Positions 1-17,800 of a DNA stretch of 55,207 bases are shown one piece after another. The position numbers and the translations under genes were made by a program. Numbering within the stretch: the first letter of the stretch is position 1; every line of letters starts with the position of its first letter. The notes below the pieces were generated by a model, which did not search any database, was not told where the DNA came from, and saw only the letters and a program-made list of their open reading frames with translations. The stretch is taken from NCBI GenBank assembly GCA_963575745.1, contig CAUYUJ010000175.1, positions 62,001-117,207 of the forward strand, read 5' to 3'. This DNA is from Prorocentrum cordatum. Its lineage: Eukaryota.

Positions 1-46
1 ACCCGAAGGGGGGCGGGGGATTTGGCCCGGGTAACGAGCGCTACGC

Positions 47-1780
47 TTACGTCGTGCGTGTCCCCCTACAAGGGGATTTTCGACGAAAAATGAAAAAAAT
101 ACCCCAAAAATACACCAAAAAGGAAACAAACAAACAAAAAAGTAGTCCCCAGGCTATTGTTTTGACTAGTCTTCCCAACCATCCTGTGGTGTTGGGTCCT
201 CGTTTTGAAGAGACGGTCCCCGCGTTCTCCTTCTCTCCTCCTCTTGCCCCTCCTCCTCCACCGTCCGCATGCGTCCCGCACACCCAGTACAGCGCTTCGT
301 GGCCCCATAGGGAGCCCCACTGAAGGTCCCAGTGCTACCCTCGGCATGCGTCCCGCACACCCAGTACAGCGCTTCGTGGCCACACAGGGAGCTCCACCGA
401 AGGTCCCAGTGCTACCGTCCGCATGCGTCCCGCACACCCAGTACAGCGTTTCGTGGCCCTCCTCTTCCTCCTCCCTGCGTTCCACCCACCCAATACAGCG
501 TTTCGTGGCCCCATAGAGAGCCCCACCGAAGGTCCCAGAGCTACCGTCCGCATGAGTCCCGCCCACCCAGTACAGCGCTTCGTGGCCCCATAGGGAGCCC
601 CACCGAAGGTCCCAGCGCTACCCTCCGCATGCGTCCCGCACACCCAGTACAGCGCTTCGTGGCCCCATAGGGAGCTCCACCGAAGGTCCCAGGGCTACCG
701 TCCGCATGCGTCCCGCACACCCAGTACAGCGCTTCGTGGCCCTCCTCCCCCTCCTCCCTGCGTTTCACCCACCGGGTACAGCGCTTCGTGGCCCCATAGG
801 GAGCTCCACCGAAGGTCCCAGTGCTACCGTCCGCATGCGTCCCGCACACCCCGTACAATGTTTCGTGGCCCCATAGGGAGCCCCACCAAAGGTCCCAGCG
901 CTACCGTCCGCATGCGTCCCGCACACCCAGTACAGCGTTTCGTGGCCCTCCTCCCCCTCCTCCCTGCGTTTCACCCACCCAATACAGCGCTTCGTGGCCC
1001 CATACGGAGCTCCACCGAAAGCCCCAGTGCTAGCGTCCGCATGCGTCCCGCACACCCAGTACAGCGCTTCGTGGCCCCATAGGGAGCCCCACCAAAGGTC
1101 CCAGCGCTACCGTCCGCATGCGTCCCGCACACCCAGTACAGCGTTTCGTGGCCCTCCTCCCCCTCCTCCCTGCGTTTCACCCACCCAGTACAACGCTTCG
1201 TGGCCCCATAGGGAGCTCCACCGAAGGCCCCAGTGCCCCCGTCCGCATGCGTCCCGGAAGCCCAATTTGGCATTCTCACCCACCCAGTGCAGCGCTTCAT
1301 GGCCCCATAGGGACCCCATAGGGGGCTCCACCCAAGGCCACAGTGCCACCGTCCATATGCGTCCGGGAAATGTAATTTGGCATTTTCACCCGCGCAGTGC
1401 AGCGTTTCGTGGCACCATAGGGGGCTCCACCGAAGCCCCCAGTGGGACCGTCCCCATGCGTCCCGGTAACCCAATTCGGCATTTTCACTCACTCAGTAGA
1501 GCGCTTCGTGGCCCCATAGAGGGCTCCACCGAAGCCCTCAGTGGGACCGTCCGCATGCGTCCCGGAAACCCAATTCGGCAAACCACCCACACAGTACAGC
1601 GTTCCCCCTTGCCCAGTGCAGCGCTTCGTGGCCCCATAGGGAGCTTCACCGAAGCAGATATTCACAATTACGGTACCCACAACTGCATTGGGTTGGGACC
1701 TTCGCCAGGATAATTTATTATTCTTGGGGTATCTTTATCTTTCGTCGAGAACCCCTGTAGGGGGGACAGGCCCGACTTAA
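47..1780. mobile_element. MITE family 1, copy 1, split by a satellite-element insertion
   Basis: The left arm (ttacgtcgtgcgtgtccccctacaaggggattttcgacgaaaaa, ~47-170) and right arm (ttcgtcgagaacccctgtaggggggacaggcccgacttaa, ~1715-1780) are inverted. Both match the copies at 1937-2122 and 19659-19817. Confidence 0.75.
172..1654 (-). mobile_element. Satellite-carrying retroposon, copy 1 (77-bp monomers, 206-bp higher-order unit)
   Basis: Conserved terminus ttcccaaccatcctgtggtgttgggtcctcgttttgaagag at 172, then a CCT spacer. 77-bp units start at 261, 338 and 415. A ~52-bp subunit occurs at ~458, 740, 946 and 1152. Confidence 0.8.
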
Positions 1781-1936
1781 CGCCACGCCGTGGAGAAGAA
1801 AAAAACGCTCGCCTGCTCCCCCAGACCTCTCCCCGGGTGCGCTCGGACAAGAGCGTTCCAAGGCAGAGCCGGCGCTGGCCACGAGGTGACCTCCCTGGAG
1901 CCCCACGGGGAGGGAAATTCCGAGGAAGGGGCAGCG

Positions 1937-2122
1937 TTAAGTCGGGCCTGCCCCCCTGCGGGGGGATTTTCGACGAAAAATAAAAAGTATGCCCCAAAAA
2001 ACCTCAAAAATAGTCCAAAGATAGTCGGGGGAGAATATTTGTTGACCTTTTTAAAGTATTTTTGGGGTATTTCTAATTTTTCGTCGAAGCTCCCCCAGTA
2101 GGGGGGGACAGGCCCGACTGAA
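1937..2122. mobile_element. MITE family 1, copy 2 (inverted relative to copies 1 and 3)
   Basis: ttaa-gtcgggcctgcccccctgcggggggattttcgacgaaaaa ... tttttcgtcgaagctcccccagtaggggggggacaggcccgac-tgaa forms a long imperfect inverted repeat. Confidence 0.85.
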
Positions 2123-2255
2123 GGGTAGCGGCATGGGTACTTCTTCATCCTCCTGACCTCCTGCCTCCTCCGCCCTCCCTCGTCCTGCCTCCCTCCTCCT
2201 CGGTCCCAGAGCGGCGGCGAGCAGGGGGGGGAGGTGAGAAGGAGAAGGCCTTCTC

Positions 2256-2476
2256 TTGGGGGTCCCAAAACCGTGTGGTGACAGACCTGGCGGTGACCTC
2301 GAAATCCGCAAAGATCTCACCGCACGGTCCGTCACCACACGGTTTTGGGACCCTGGAGGCTCCAGTCGCCCGAGACGTCCTCGGAGAACGACCCAAGTCC
2401 CAAAACCGTTCGGTGACCCCGAATCCCCACCGACTCACCACACGGTGTGGTCACCACCCCGTTTGGGAGCCCCCGA
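2256..2476. mobile_element. MITE family 2 (double hairpin), 5-bp TSD TTCTC
   Basis: Four copies of a cccaaaaccgtgtggtgac-like motif in alternating orientation. ttctc flanks both ends (2251-2255, 2477-2481). A homologue lies at 27177-27407. Confidence 0.8.
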
Positions 2477-3320
2477 TTCTCAGGAGGCGGCGGGACTTCT
2501 CAGAAGCCCTCTGGCCTTCTGAGGAATGACTGAACTGCCCCCCCCCAAACCTACATGTGAATGCGGGCCCCCCTTACAATCTGAAAGATGTGAATCGAAC
2601 ACGCCATTGCACCACAGAGCGCCAGGGAGGCATCATCCTGCCCGCTGCGCAGGCGCGAAAAGGGGGAAGGAACGACGACGAGGGCGACGAACACGACGAC
2701 GACGACGACGACGACGATCACGAAGACGAGGACGACGTCGAGGACCAGCTCAAGACAACCCACCTGCGCGCGAGGGGGGGGGAGTGAGGAGGAGGAGGAG
2801 GAGGAGGAGGTGACTTCCCCCCCCTCGCTCGCCGCCGACTGGAACCTCGAGGCTTCCGGGGGGCACCGGCCTGGCCGCTCACGCGGCCGCCGGGGGCGGG
2901 CGGCGGCGGGGGGGGAGGGCACCTTGTTCGCGTCGCAGTAGTAGGGGCTGCGCGGCGGGGGGGGGGCGCGCTCGCCGGGACAGGGAGAGAGGGGGGGGAG
3001 AGGAGGAGGGGAGGGAGGGAGGAGGGAGGAGGGAGGGAGAGAGAGAGAGAGGGGGCGGAAGGGTGAGGGCGGGAGGAGGAAGGAGGAGGAGGCAGGAGGA
3101 GGAGGAGGAGGAGGACAGGGGAAGAAGGAGGGCGAGAGGAGGAGAGGCGGAGAAGGAGAAGGAGGTGGAGGCGGGAGAGGAGGGGGAGGGGGGAGGTGGG
3201 GGAGGGGAGGGAGGGGGCAGGAAGAATCGGAGAGGGAGAAAGAGGGTGAGGAGGGGAGGAGGAGGAGGAGGAGGAGGAGGAGGAGGAGAAGGAAGGCGGA
3301 AGGAAGATGCGGAAGGAAGA

Positions 3321-6686
<3,366 letters not shown>

Positions 6687-6890
6687 TTCCCCATCATCCT
6701 GTGGTGTTGGATCCCGCTTTGAAGAGACAGCGCCCCGCGCTCCTTTCTTCCGTCCTACCCTCCCCCCTCCTCCCATCACCAGCATCAGCATCATCGCCGT
6801 CATCAACACCCATGTTGGTACATCCTTCACACGTTCCGTGACCCCATAGGGAGCTCCATCTCCTAAAGCTCCGCGTCCCCGCCACCCGTT
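6687..6890 (-). mobile_element. Satellite-carrying retroposon, copy 3 (short, about 1 unit)
   Basis: Terminus ttccccatcatcctgtggtgttggatcccgctttgaagag, a short CCT/CAT spacer and one degenerate satellite unit. Confidence 0.7.
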
Positions 6891-6899
6891 TTACCCTCG

Positions 6900-10868
<3,969 letters not shown>

Positions 10869-11134
10869 GGGTTGTCCAGTTTCTTGCTCCGCTTAAAAAG
10901 GGTGTAAAGGGTGTAAGGTTTCGGGTTCTGGTTCGAGAACTCGCGCGAAAAAATAAAACATACAAACAATAGATGCATCATATATTCACAACGACATTGA
11001 GGCGAACTGCTCCCCATCAGGATTCCCCTAGAAGTGAAGCGTTTTTCAGCCGCCAGAGCATTCCTTCAGATACTGAATTGTTTCCCAATTAGATCCCGCT
11101 GGACCTGGACCACACCGCGCCCAACGAGGAGCCG

Positions 11135-11665
11135 AAATGAAGCGCGGGGACGCATGAAAATCCTGCCACTCTGGCCTTCGGTACACCTCCCTATGGGGGC
11201 ACGAACCGTGCGAAAGGTGTGCCGAAATCAATCGCAGGGACGCTTGTAACCCGTGCCATTGGGTTTTCGGTGGAGCTCCCTATGAGGCCACGAGCCGTGT
11301 GAGGGGTGTGTCGAAATCAATCACAAGGGCACATTGTAACCCTGCCACTACGGCGTGTGGTGGAGCTCCGTATGGCACCACGAGCCGTGTGAGGGGTATG
11401 TCGGCATGAATCGCGGGGACGCATGTAAACCTGCCACTGGGGCCTGTGGTGGAACTCCCTATGGCGCCACGAACCGTGTGAGGGGCGTGCTGACATGAAT
11501 CGTGGGGACCCCTGCCATTGGGGCCGTCGGTGGAGCGCCCTATGTGGCCACGAATTTTGTGACGGGCGTGCCGAAATTAGCCGCGGGGGCGCACGTAAAC
11601 CTTGCCACTGGGGCCTTCCGTGGTGTTCCCTGTGGGGCCACGAACCGTGTGAGGGGTGTGCCGGA
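11135..11665 (+). repeat. 90-bp satellite, about 6 units, inverted relative to 3981-6523
   Basis: Repeats of ggtggagctccctatgaggccacgagccgtgtgaggggtgtg. The conserved terminus is absent. Confidence 0.85.
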
Positions 11666-12030
11666 ATCCATAAGAATCCTGAAAGAACTTGGAGACCCCC
11701 GAAAAGCTCGGGGAACCCTCCAGAATCCAGAGGACTCTGAAGGATCCCAGGTGACACCAGACGAACCCGAAGGAACGCAAAGGAATCCAGAGGCATCCTG
11801 AAGAATGCAAAGGAATCTCCTGCAACCAAAAGGACACCTGGGAATCTGGGGCCGTGAGCCCCGAGCCCTGAGCCCTGTGCTTTAGGCCCTGACTCCTGGA
11901 CCCTGAGACCTCAGCCCTGTGCCCTCAGGCCTGAGCCCTGAGCCCTGTGCCCCGAGTTCTGTGCCTTGCGCCCCGAGCCTTCAGCCTTGAGCTGTGATCC
12001 CTGGGCCCTGTGCCCTGCGCCCTGAGCTTT
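11665..12030. repeat. Degenerate GAATCC ~10-mer array followed by a CCCTGAG 7-mer array
   Basis: ggaatcc/gaatcctg units at 11665-11850 and ccctgag/ccctgtg units at 11850-12030. Confidence 0.75.
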
Positions 12031-12421
12031 GAGTCAGCCCGCGCACGAGCCCGGTGCACAAAAATGCATACACGAAAAGAAACAACAACAAAAAAAAAAG
12101 CGGGGGGCACCGTCCTTCCGCCAACAGGCAGCTCCAGAGGGGCGCGCCGGAGGCGGGCTTTGCAAGCAAAAACAAGACCGCGGCCCAATCCTCCTCGGCT
12201 CCTTTTCGGCAGCGCCCCTGCCCCCGCGAGCGCGGACACCACCAAGACAAGGAGCGAAGCGTGGCGGCAAAGGGAGGGGCTGGCCGATGGCCGGCGCTGG
12301 CGGGATCGCTGCGGCCAACGCACGAAAAAGAACAGCAGGGGGAGGGGCGCGGTGTAGCATTGCGTCCCTCCCTCTGGTCGGCCAGGCGCACTGATTGCAT
12401 TGCGGCCCATGCTGTGGTCGG

Positions 12422-12620
12422 CTAGGCGCACCGGCTGCCGGTCGTCATCCGGATTCGGTGACCCGCCCCAGAGCGGTGAGAGTGCACCAGCATCACGAGG
12501 CCGTGGTAGGAGACCCGCTCCTCCTGGGTGCCCTCAGGGCTTCCTGGGCCTCCCTGGAGCACCACGGACGGCGCCCAGCGGTCTCCCCTCCTCATGCTGG
12601 CCCCGAGGTGCTCTTCCAGC
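12422..12620 (-). CDS. Candidate terminal exon, unknown protein
   Basis: After a ctccag acceptor it reads LEEHLGASMRRGDRWAPSVVLQGG...ERVSYHGLVMLVHS...RCA-stop, with mostly G/C third positions. Confidence 0.35.
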
Positions 12621-13275
12621 GCTGGAGGCCGCCGCCCTCACGTGGAGTTTCGTGGGTCCGCTGCCGCAAAGGCCCGTACACCTCCCCGGGGGCACTGTCC
12701 CCTGGTCCGATATCAACACCCAGCCACTGGAGGCCGGCAAATTGGCACCCACACCAACACAGGGGGTTGCCTCCTTAGGGGGAAGATGATCCTAGATTTC
12801 GGCGTTGGTGGTAATATTTCGGCCACCCTGGAAGCCAGAACATTACCACCATCACCGAGATCGGGATCTTCATCCCTCGGTGGAAGCACACCGCCGATAT
12901 CGGTGTTGGTGTCAATCTCTAGGCCTGCGACAGACCTTGGAGGGAGAGCTCCCAGAGAGTTTGCTGCGACTCGGGGGCCCAGCTGATGAGGCATCCCCAG
13001 TCCGCCTCCTCCTCCTCCCTCCTCCCCGGGGGTGGGGTCTCTGCCTGGGCGCCGGGGGCCCCGTCGCTCTCCTCCGGCGAAGTCTGCACCCTCGCCCTCT
13101 GGAGCAGCCAGTCCGGCCTCTCCTCCTCCTCCTCCCTCCTCCCCCTCCTCCTCCCCCTCCTCCCCCTCCTCCTCCCTCCTCCCTCCTCCCCCTCCTCCTC
13201 CCCCTCCTCCCCCTCTTCGAGGCTCGGGGGTGCGTCCGTGCCTGGGGATGCCTCCGCATCCTCGAGGAGTCATTC

Positions 13276-13359
13276 CTCCTGTTCGATTGCGATTTCACGG
13301 GCGGCCTCAGCGATGCGCCTCTCCTCCTCCCTGTCGCAGTCCAGCGAGTCCTGCTCTTC
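13276..13359 (-). CDS. Candidate internal exon (28 codons), unknown protein
   Basis: acgcag|EEQDSLDCDREEERRIAEAAREIAIEQE|GA donor. Phase 0 matches the end of exon 14108-14216. Confidence 0.5.
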
Positions 13360-13380
13360 CTGCGTCGCCCAGCGGGTCTC

Positions 13381-13763
13381 ACTGGGGGCGGACGCATGTG
13401 GACGGTGCCTCTGGGGCCTTCGGTGGAGCTCCCTATGGGGCCACGAAACGTGTGATGGGTATGCCGAAATGGATGTGGCGGACGCATGCCCTGGGGTCTT
13501 GGGTGGAGCTCCATAAGGGGCCACGGAGCGTGTGAGGGGTGTGCCGAAATGGGTGTGGCGGGCGCATGTGGACGGTGGCACTGGGGCCTTCGGTGGAGCT
13601 CCCTATGGGGCCACGAAACGCGTGAGGGGTGTGCCGTAGTGAGGGGGTGACGGGAGGAGGGAAGAGCGGGAGGAGGAGGGGGAGGAGGAAGGAAGGAAGG
13701 AGGGAAGGAACGCGGGGACAGTCTCTCCAAAACGAGGACCCAACACCACAGGATGGTTGGGAA
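13381..13763 (+). mobile_element. Satellite-carrying retroposon, copy 4
   Basis: About 3 satellite units, a (GGA)n spacer, then gaacgcggggacagtctctccaaaacgaggacccaacaccacaggatggttgggaa and a short A-rich tail. Confidence 0.8.
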
Positions 13764-13819
13764 AAATAATGCTCTCAATGTGTTTGCGTGTCCCATGTTT
13801 TGCTCCAAAAATGCCACAG

Positions 13820-14105
13820 AATCACTGCAAGATGGCCCCCACAGCCCCGTGACACTGCCCAAGACGGCCGCAAGGCCCCAATGCCACCAACAACGCCCAG
13901 AATGGCCCAACAGAGCCCCAAGATGGCCCCAAGATGCCCCCACGAGTCCGACATGATGAGCCCGAGAGGCCCCAAGATGGCCCAAAGACTGCCCAATGTG
14001 TCCACTTGTGGCCCGACAAGCACCAATGTGCACCCGAAGGGCTCAAAGACGGCCCGAGAAGGCCCCAAAACCCAAACTGGCCGAGTATAGCCACAAGATG
14101 GCCCA
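13820..14105. repeat. CCCAAGA(T/C)GGCC short-period repeat family
   Basis: Degenerate ~11-mer units. Related tracts occur at ~25950-26180 and ~31630-31760. Confidence 0.7.
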
Positions 14106-14107
14106 GC

Positions 14108-14216
14108 CTCGAGGGTCAGCAGCAAGGAGCCCATCCATTCAGATCGGGCCGATCCCGCCCGCTGTGTGAACCGTGCGGGATCCCTGCTCATGTGCGTGAC
14201 CAGCGCCGACGAGCGC
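14108..14216 (-). CDS. Candidate internal exon, unknown protein
   Basis: aaacag|G-RSSALVTHMSRDPARFTQRAGSARSEWMGSLLLTLE|GC donor. Non-repetitive island, phase-compatible with both neighbouring candidates. Confidence 0.5.
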
Positions 14217-14662
14217 CTGTTTCAAAACCTCCATGCGGCGCCTGCCTGAGGCGCTAGGATGGCCCCCAGACCAACCCAAAACAACTGCAAACTGCCCCAC
14301 GTCCAGCCCAAGAAAACCTTACGACGCCCTGGAGAGCGCCATATGCCCTAAGCCCGAAGGGTCCCCCAGGGAATGCAAGATTATCACCCCCGCTCTCCCA
14401 GAAGAGGGGCCGCCTCCGCTTTCTCCACAAAGAAGAGAAGGTGGGGGCTGCCCTCTCCTCCCCTCTCCGTTTCCTCACTGTTTCCGTGTTTCGTCCTCCG
14501 CCTCTCCCTTTTCTGTGCCCTAGTCGTCCTCGTTTCCTCATCCTCCTCCTCCTCCTCTTCCTCCTCCTCGCCCCCTCCTCCTCCTCCTCCTCCTCCTCCT
14601 CCTCCTCCTCTTCCTCCTCCTTTTCCTCGTCGTCGTCCTCCTCCTCCTCCTCTCCTCCTCCT

Positions 14663-14694
<32 letters not shown>

Positions 14695-14816
14695 TCTCCT
14701 CCTCCTCCTCCTCCTCCCCTCTCCTCCTCTTCTCTCCTCCTCCTCCTCCTCCTCCTCCTCCTCCTCCTCCTCCTCCTCCTCCTCCTCCTCCTCCTCCTCC
14801 TCCTCCTCCTCCTCCA

Positions 14817-17800
14817 TTCCCTTTCCTCATAAATAACTGTTCCGAGTCGCACCCAGAAGCCAGTTTTCAGTGCGGCCCGGGCGCTTCGCCAGAGAATTCC
14901 TCACACTGCATGACCCCGAAAATTCGATAATGACAACAGCTTCACGGATTGAGGGCGGGTGGTTTTCAAAATGTGGCTCTCGCTTTAGCCCCGCACACCT
15001 TCGTTTAAAAAATGGAATTTGGCGAAGGACCCGACCGTGAGCAGTTGTGAATACCGCGCGCGAGTACGTTTAAGCGCATGAACTCGAGCATGGATACGCC
15101 GAATGTAAAAGCACATGACTTTGACTGGTTTAGGTATGCCTGAATCTGAGCACTCGCGACGCTGAGCGTGGCCGCCGCAGAATATTCCCCCAGAAACGCC
15201 GATGGCAACGCCCGGGCGCCGCGACGCAAATGGCGGCGCACCCCTCACGAGGATCGCGCCCGCTTCCTTCTCTTCTTTTTCTCCCTCTTCACCCGCGCAC
15301 TCAAATGTCCAAGGCTGCAAGCACAGCGCAGCGCGGAGACCCCGCGACGAGCGCCGGTCGTCCCGGAGGGGTCCCAGCGACGCGCGCGGGTCGTCTGCTG
15401 CGCGGAGCAAAGAGAGCCAGCTGGCCGGCCGATAGTGGGCAAGGCTCTGGCCGCTGGGCAGAGCGACGACGGGCGAGCGAGGCGCTGGGCCGAGCGCAGC
15501 ACGGAGTTCCCGCGACGTGCGCTGGTCGCCCCGAGAGGGTCCCAGCGACGCGCGCGTCGCCCGCGGCGCGAATCCAAACACTTGGTCGGACAGTCGAAAG
15601 AAGGCGCGTCTCGGGCGGGGCGCTCCTCAGGTCAGGCCACGCGGATAAACTCGGCAGAGCCGAGCTCCCCGGCGAGGGCCGCCGCCTCCCTCCTGCACCG
15701 CTTCGCGCGCGCAGCAAACTGCCCCAGCTGCGTCCGCAACCCATCCAGCGGCCCCGCCAGAAAGAACTCGACGCGCGGCGCCCGCGCGAGCAGGAGGTCT
15801 TCGCGGCGTGCGGCACGCGAGAGCAACACGTAGAGCTCCAGCCACGACTCGCCGCCCTCCTTCTCGACGCCCCCGACCTCGCGGCGGCCGCAATCCAGGA
15901 TCACGCCCGGGGAGTCGGCCGAGGGGCAGCGCGCCGGACAGCCGACGGCCGGGGGCGAGAGCCCACGGAACCGAGAGATGGTCTGGCTGCGGACCGCCCG
16001 CGCCCAGTCTGCAAACTGCCCGGGCGCGACGCCCCCCTGCCCCGTCGCCCGCTCGCACGGCGCGCCCCCGGCACGCCGCCGCGGCGATATCCCTGCCGCG
16101 CGAGAACGGGACGCCCGCCCAGGCGACCTTCGAAGCTCGGGAAGTGAACGGCCCCGACGCGCGGGGCTCGATGAGCACCAGCGAGCCCGCGAGGCCCCCC
16201 GCGAGACTGTCGTCGCGGCGCTTCAGGTCGCCCACGAAGGGCGCGCTCGCGAACTGCCCCGCGCGCACACAGAACCCCAGCGGCAGGCGCTTAAGATAGA
16301 CCCTCTCCCCCCTGTCTCTCTCGGCTTTCTCGACGTCGCCCCGACCCCGAGGGCCCGCGACGACGCGCGCGATCTGCCCCTCGGCATCCTGGACGAGACC
16401 GTTCTTGAGATCGAGCGCCTCCAGGAGCCGGACCCGCATGCCCACGCGCGCTGGGAGGAGCCCGCGCACGCCGCCGGCGTTCTTCGGGCTGGCACAGATC
16501 ACCATCTTGGCGGCGCCCTTGACATTCATCGTCGGGGCAGACCTGTCGGCAGCCTGCACGAGAAAGAAAGGCTTTTCTGGGACGCCCGCGCCCCGCCGCG
16601 CCCGCGCGTTCATCCGCCGCGCCACGGCGTCCCACCGGGGCCAGATCATGCGGCCGTTCTGGAACCCCTCCTCCCGGAGCCGACGATCATCGGGTTTCAG
16701 CTGCATGGCGTTCCGCGCGGCCCGGATGGCCGGAGGGACCTGCTCCCCCGGTTCGCACAGGAACTCCATGAGATCCCTTAGCATCGTGTCCTTGAAGCGG
16801 TTGGACGCCTGGAGCTCGAAGCACAGCGGCGCGTTGCAGAAGAGCTCCATCACGGCCTGGCAGTCTGGAGCGAGGTTGATGCTCGCCGCCGCCAGCTCCT
16901 CGAAGATGGACATGAGCGACACCTTGCCCCCCGTCGGCTTCCGCTGCAGGAAGTCCCCCAAGTGGATCATGATGGGTATCCGGCCGAAGGCGCCGCCAAC
17001 CTGGTGGTACTCCCACTCCTCCGCGCCCCACTCGGCCTTGCGTCCCAGGTAGGGCCGGAGCGCCAGAATTTTGTACAGGGTGGGCGAGATCATGCTCACC
17101 TCCACCAGGATCAAGCACTTGACCGCCTCCCACGTGTCCTGCAACGCTTTCAGCTTGCCTCCCGCGGGTATGTCCGTGTTCCTGAAGGGCTGCACTCCTA
17201 TGAATCCCGCCCAATGGCAACTGACGGCCTTGTGAGCGTCCGTGGAGATGTTCGCGGCCTGAGACCACTTCGCGCAGACTATCAACGTGGACTTTGCCTT
17301 GCCTGGTTCCACAGGGAACAGCGCGTCCATGGCCGACAACACGATATCCTGCACCATGGCGGTCTTGCCGCTGCCGCCCTGGCCGATGAGCGGGAACTGG
17401 AACGTCTTCCGCTTCGCGTGCTTGGCCATGCTTCCGTCCGCGATCTGCTGCTCGTCGTCCCACACCATGTTGCAGGCGTTCGCGAACGCCGCGACGAACA
17501 GGGCCTGGTCGGGCTCCCAGAAGTCGGCGCTCCTACTGCCCCGTTCTCGGGTTGACCACGTTTGAAAAATTACAAGAAGCTCACGGATTGATGTCGAATG
17601 GTTTTCAAAATGTGGTTTTCGCCTTAGCGCCGCGCACACTCGGTTTCACAATTTGCAAGAGCTCCACGGATTGAGGGCGAATGGTTTTCAAAATGTGGTA
17701 TTCGCCTCAGCGCCGCGTACACTCTTCTCAAAATTTGCAAAAGCTTCACGGATTGAGGGCGGGTCGTTTTCAAAATGTGGCTATCGTTTGGACGCCGCGC

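Noticed and set aside
12982..13010. Hammerhead core at gctgatgagg
   Set aside because: There is no downstream GAAA and no supporting stems.
15627..17639. Functional 670-aa helicase
   Set aside because: The N-terminus is repeat-derived, Walker B DE is VE, the intron acceptor is mutated, and the C-terminal part of the ORF is out of frame.
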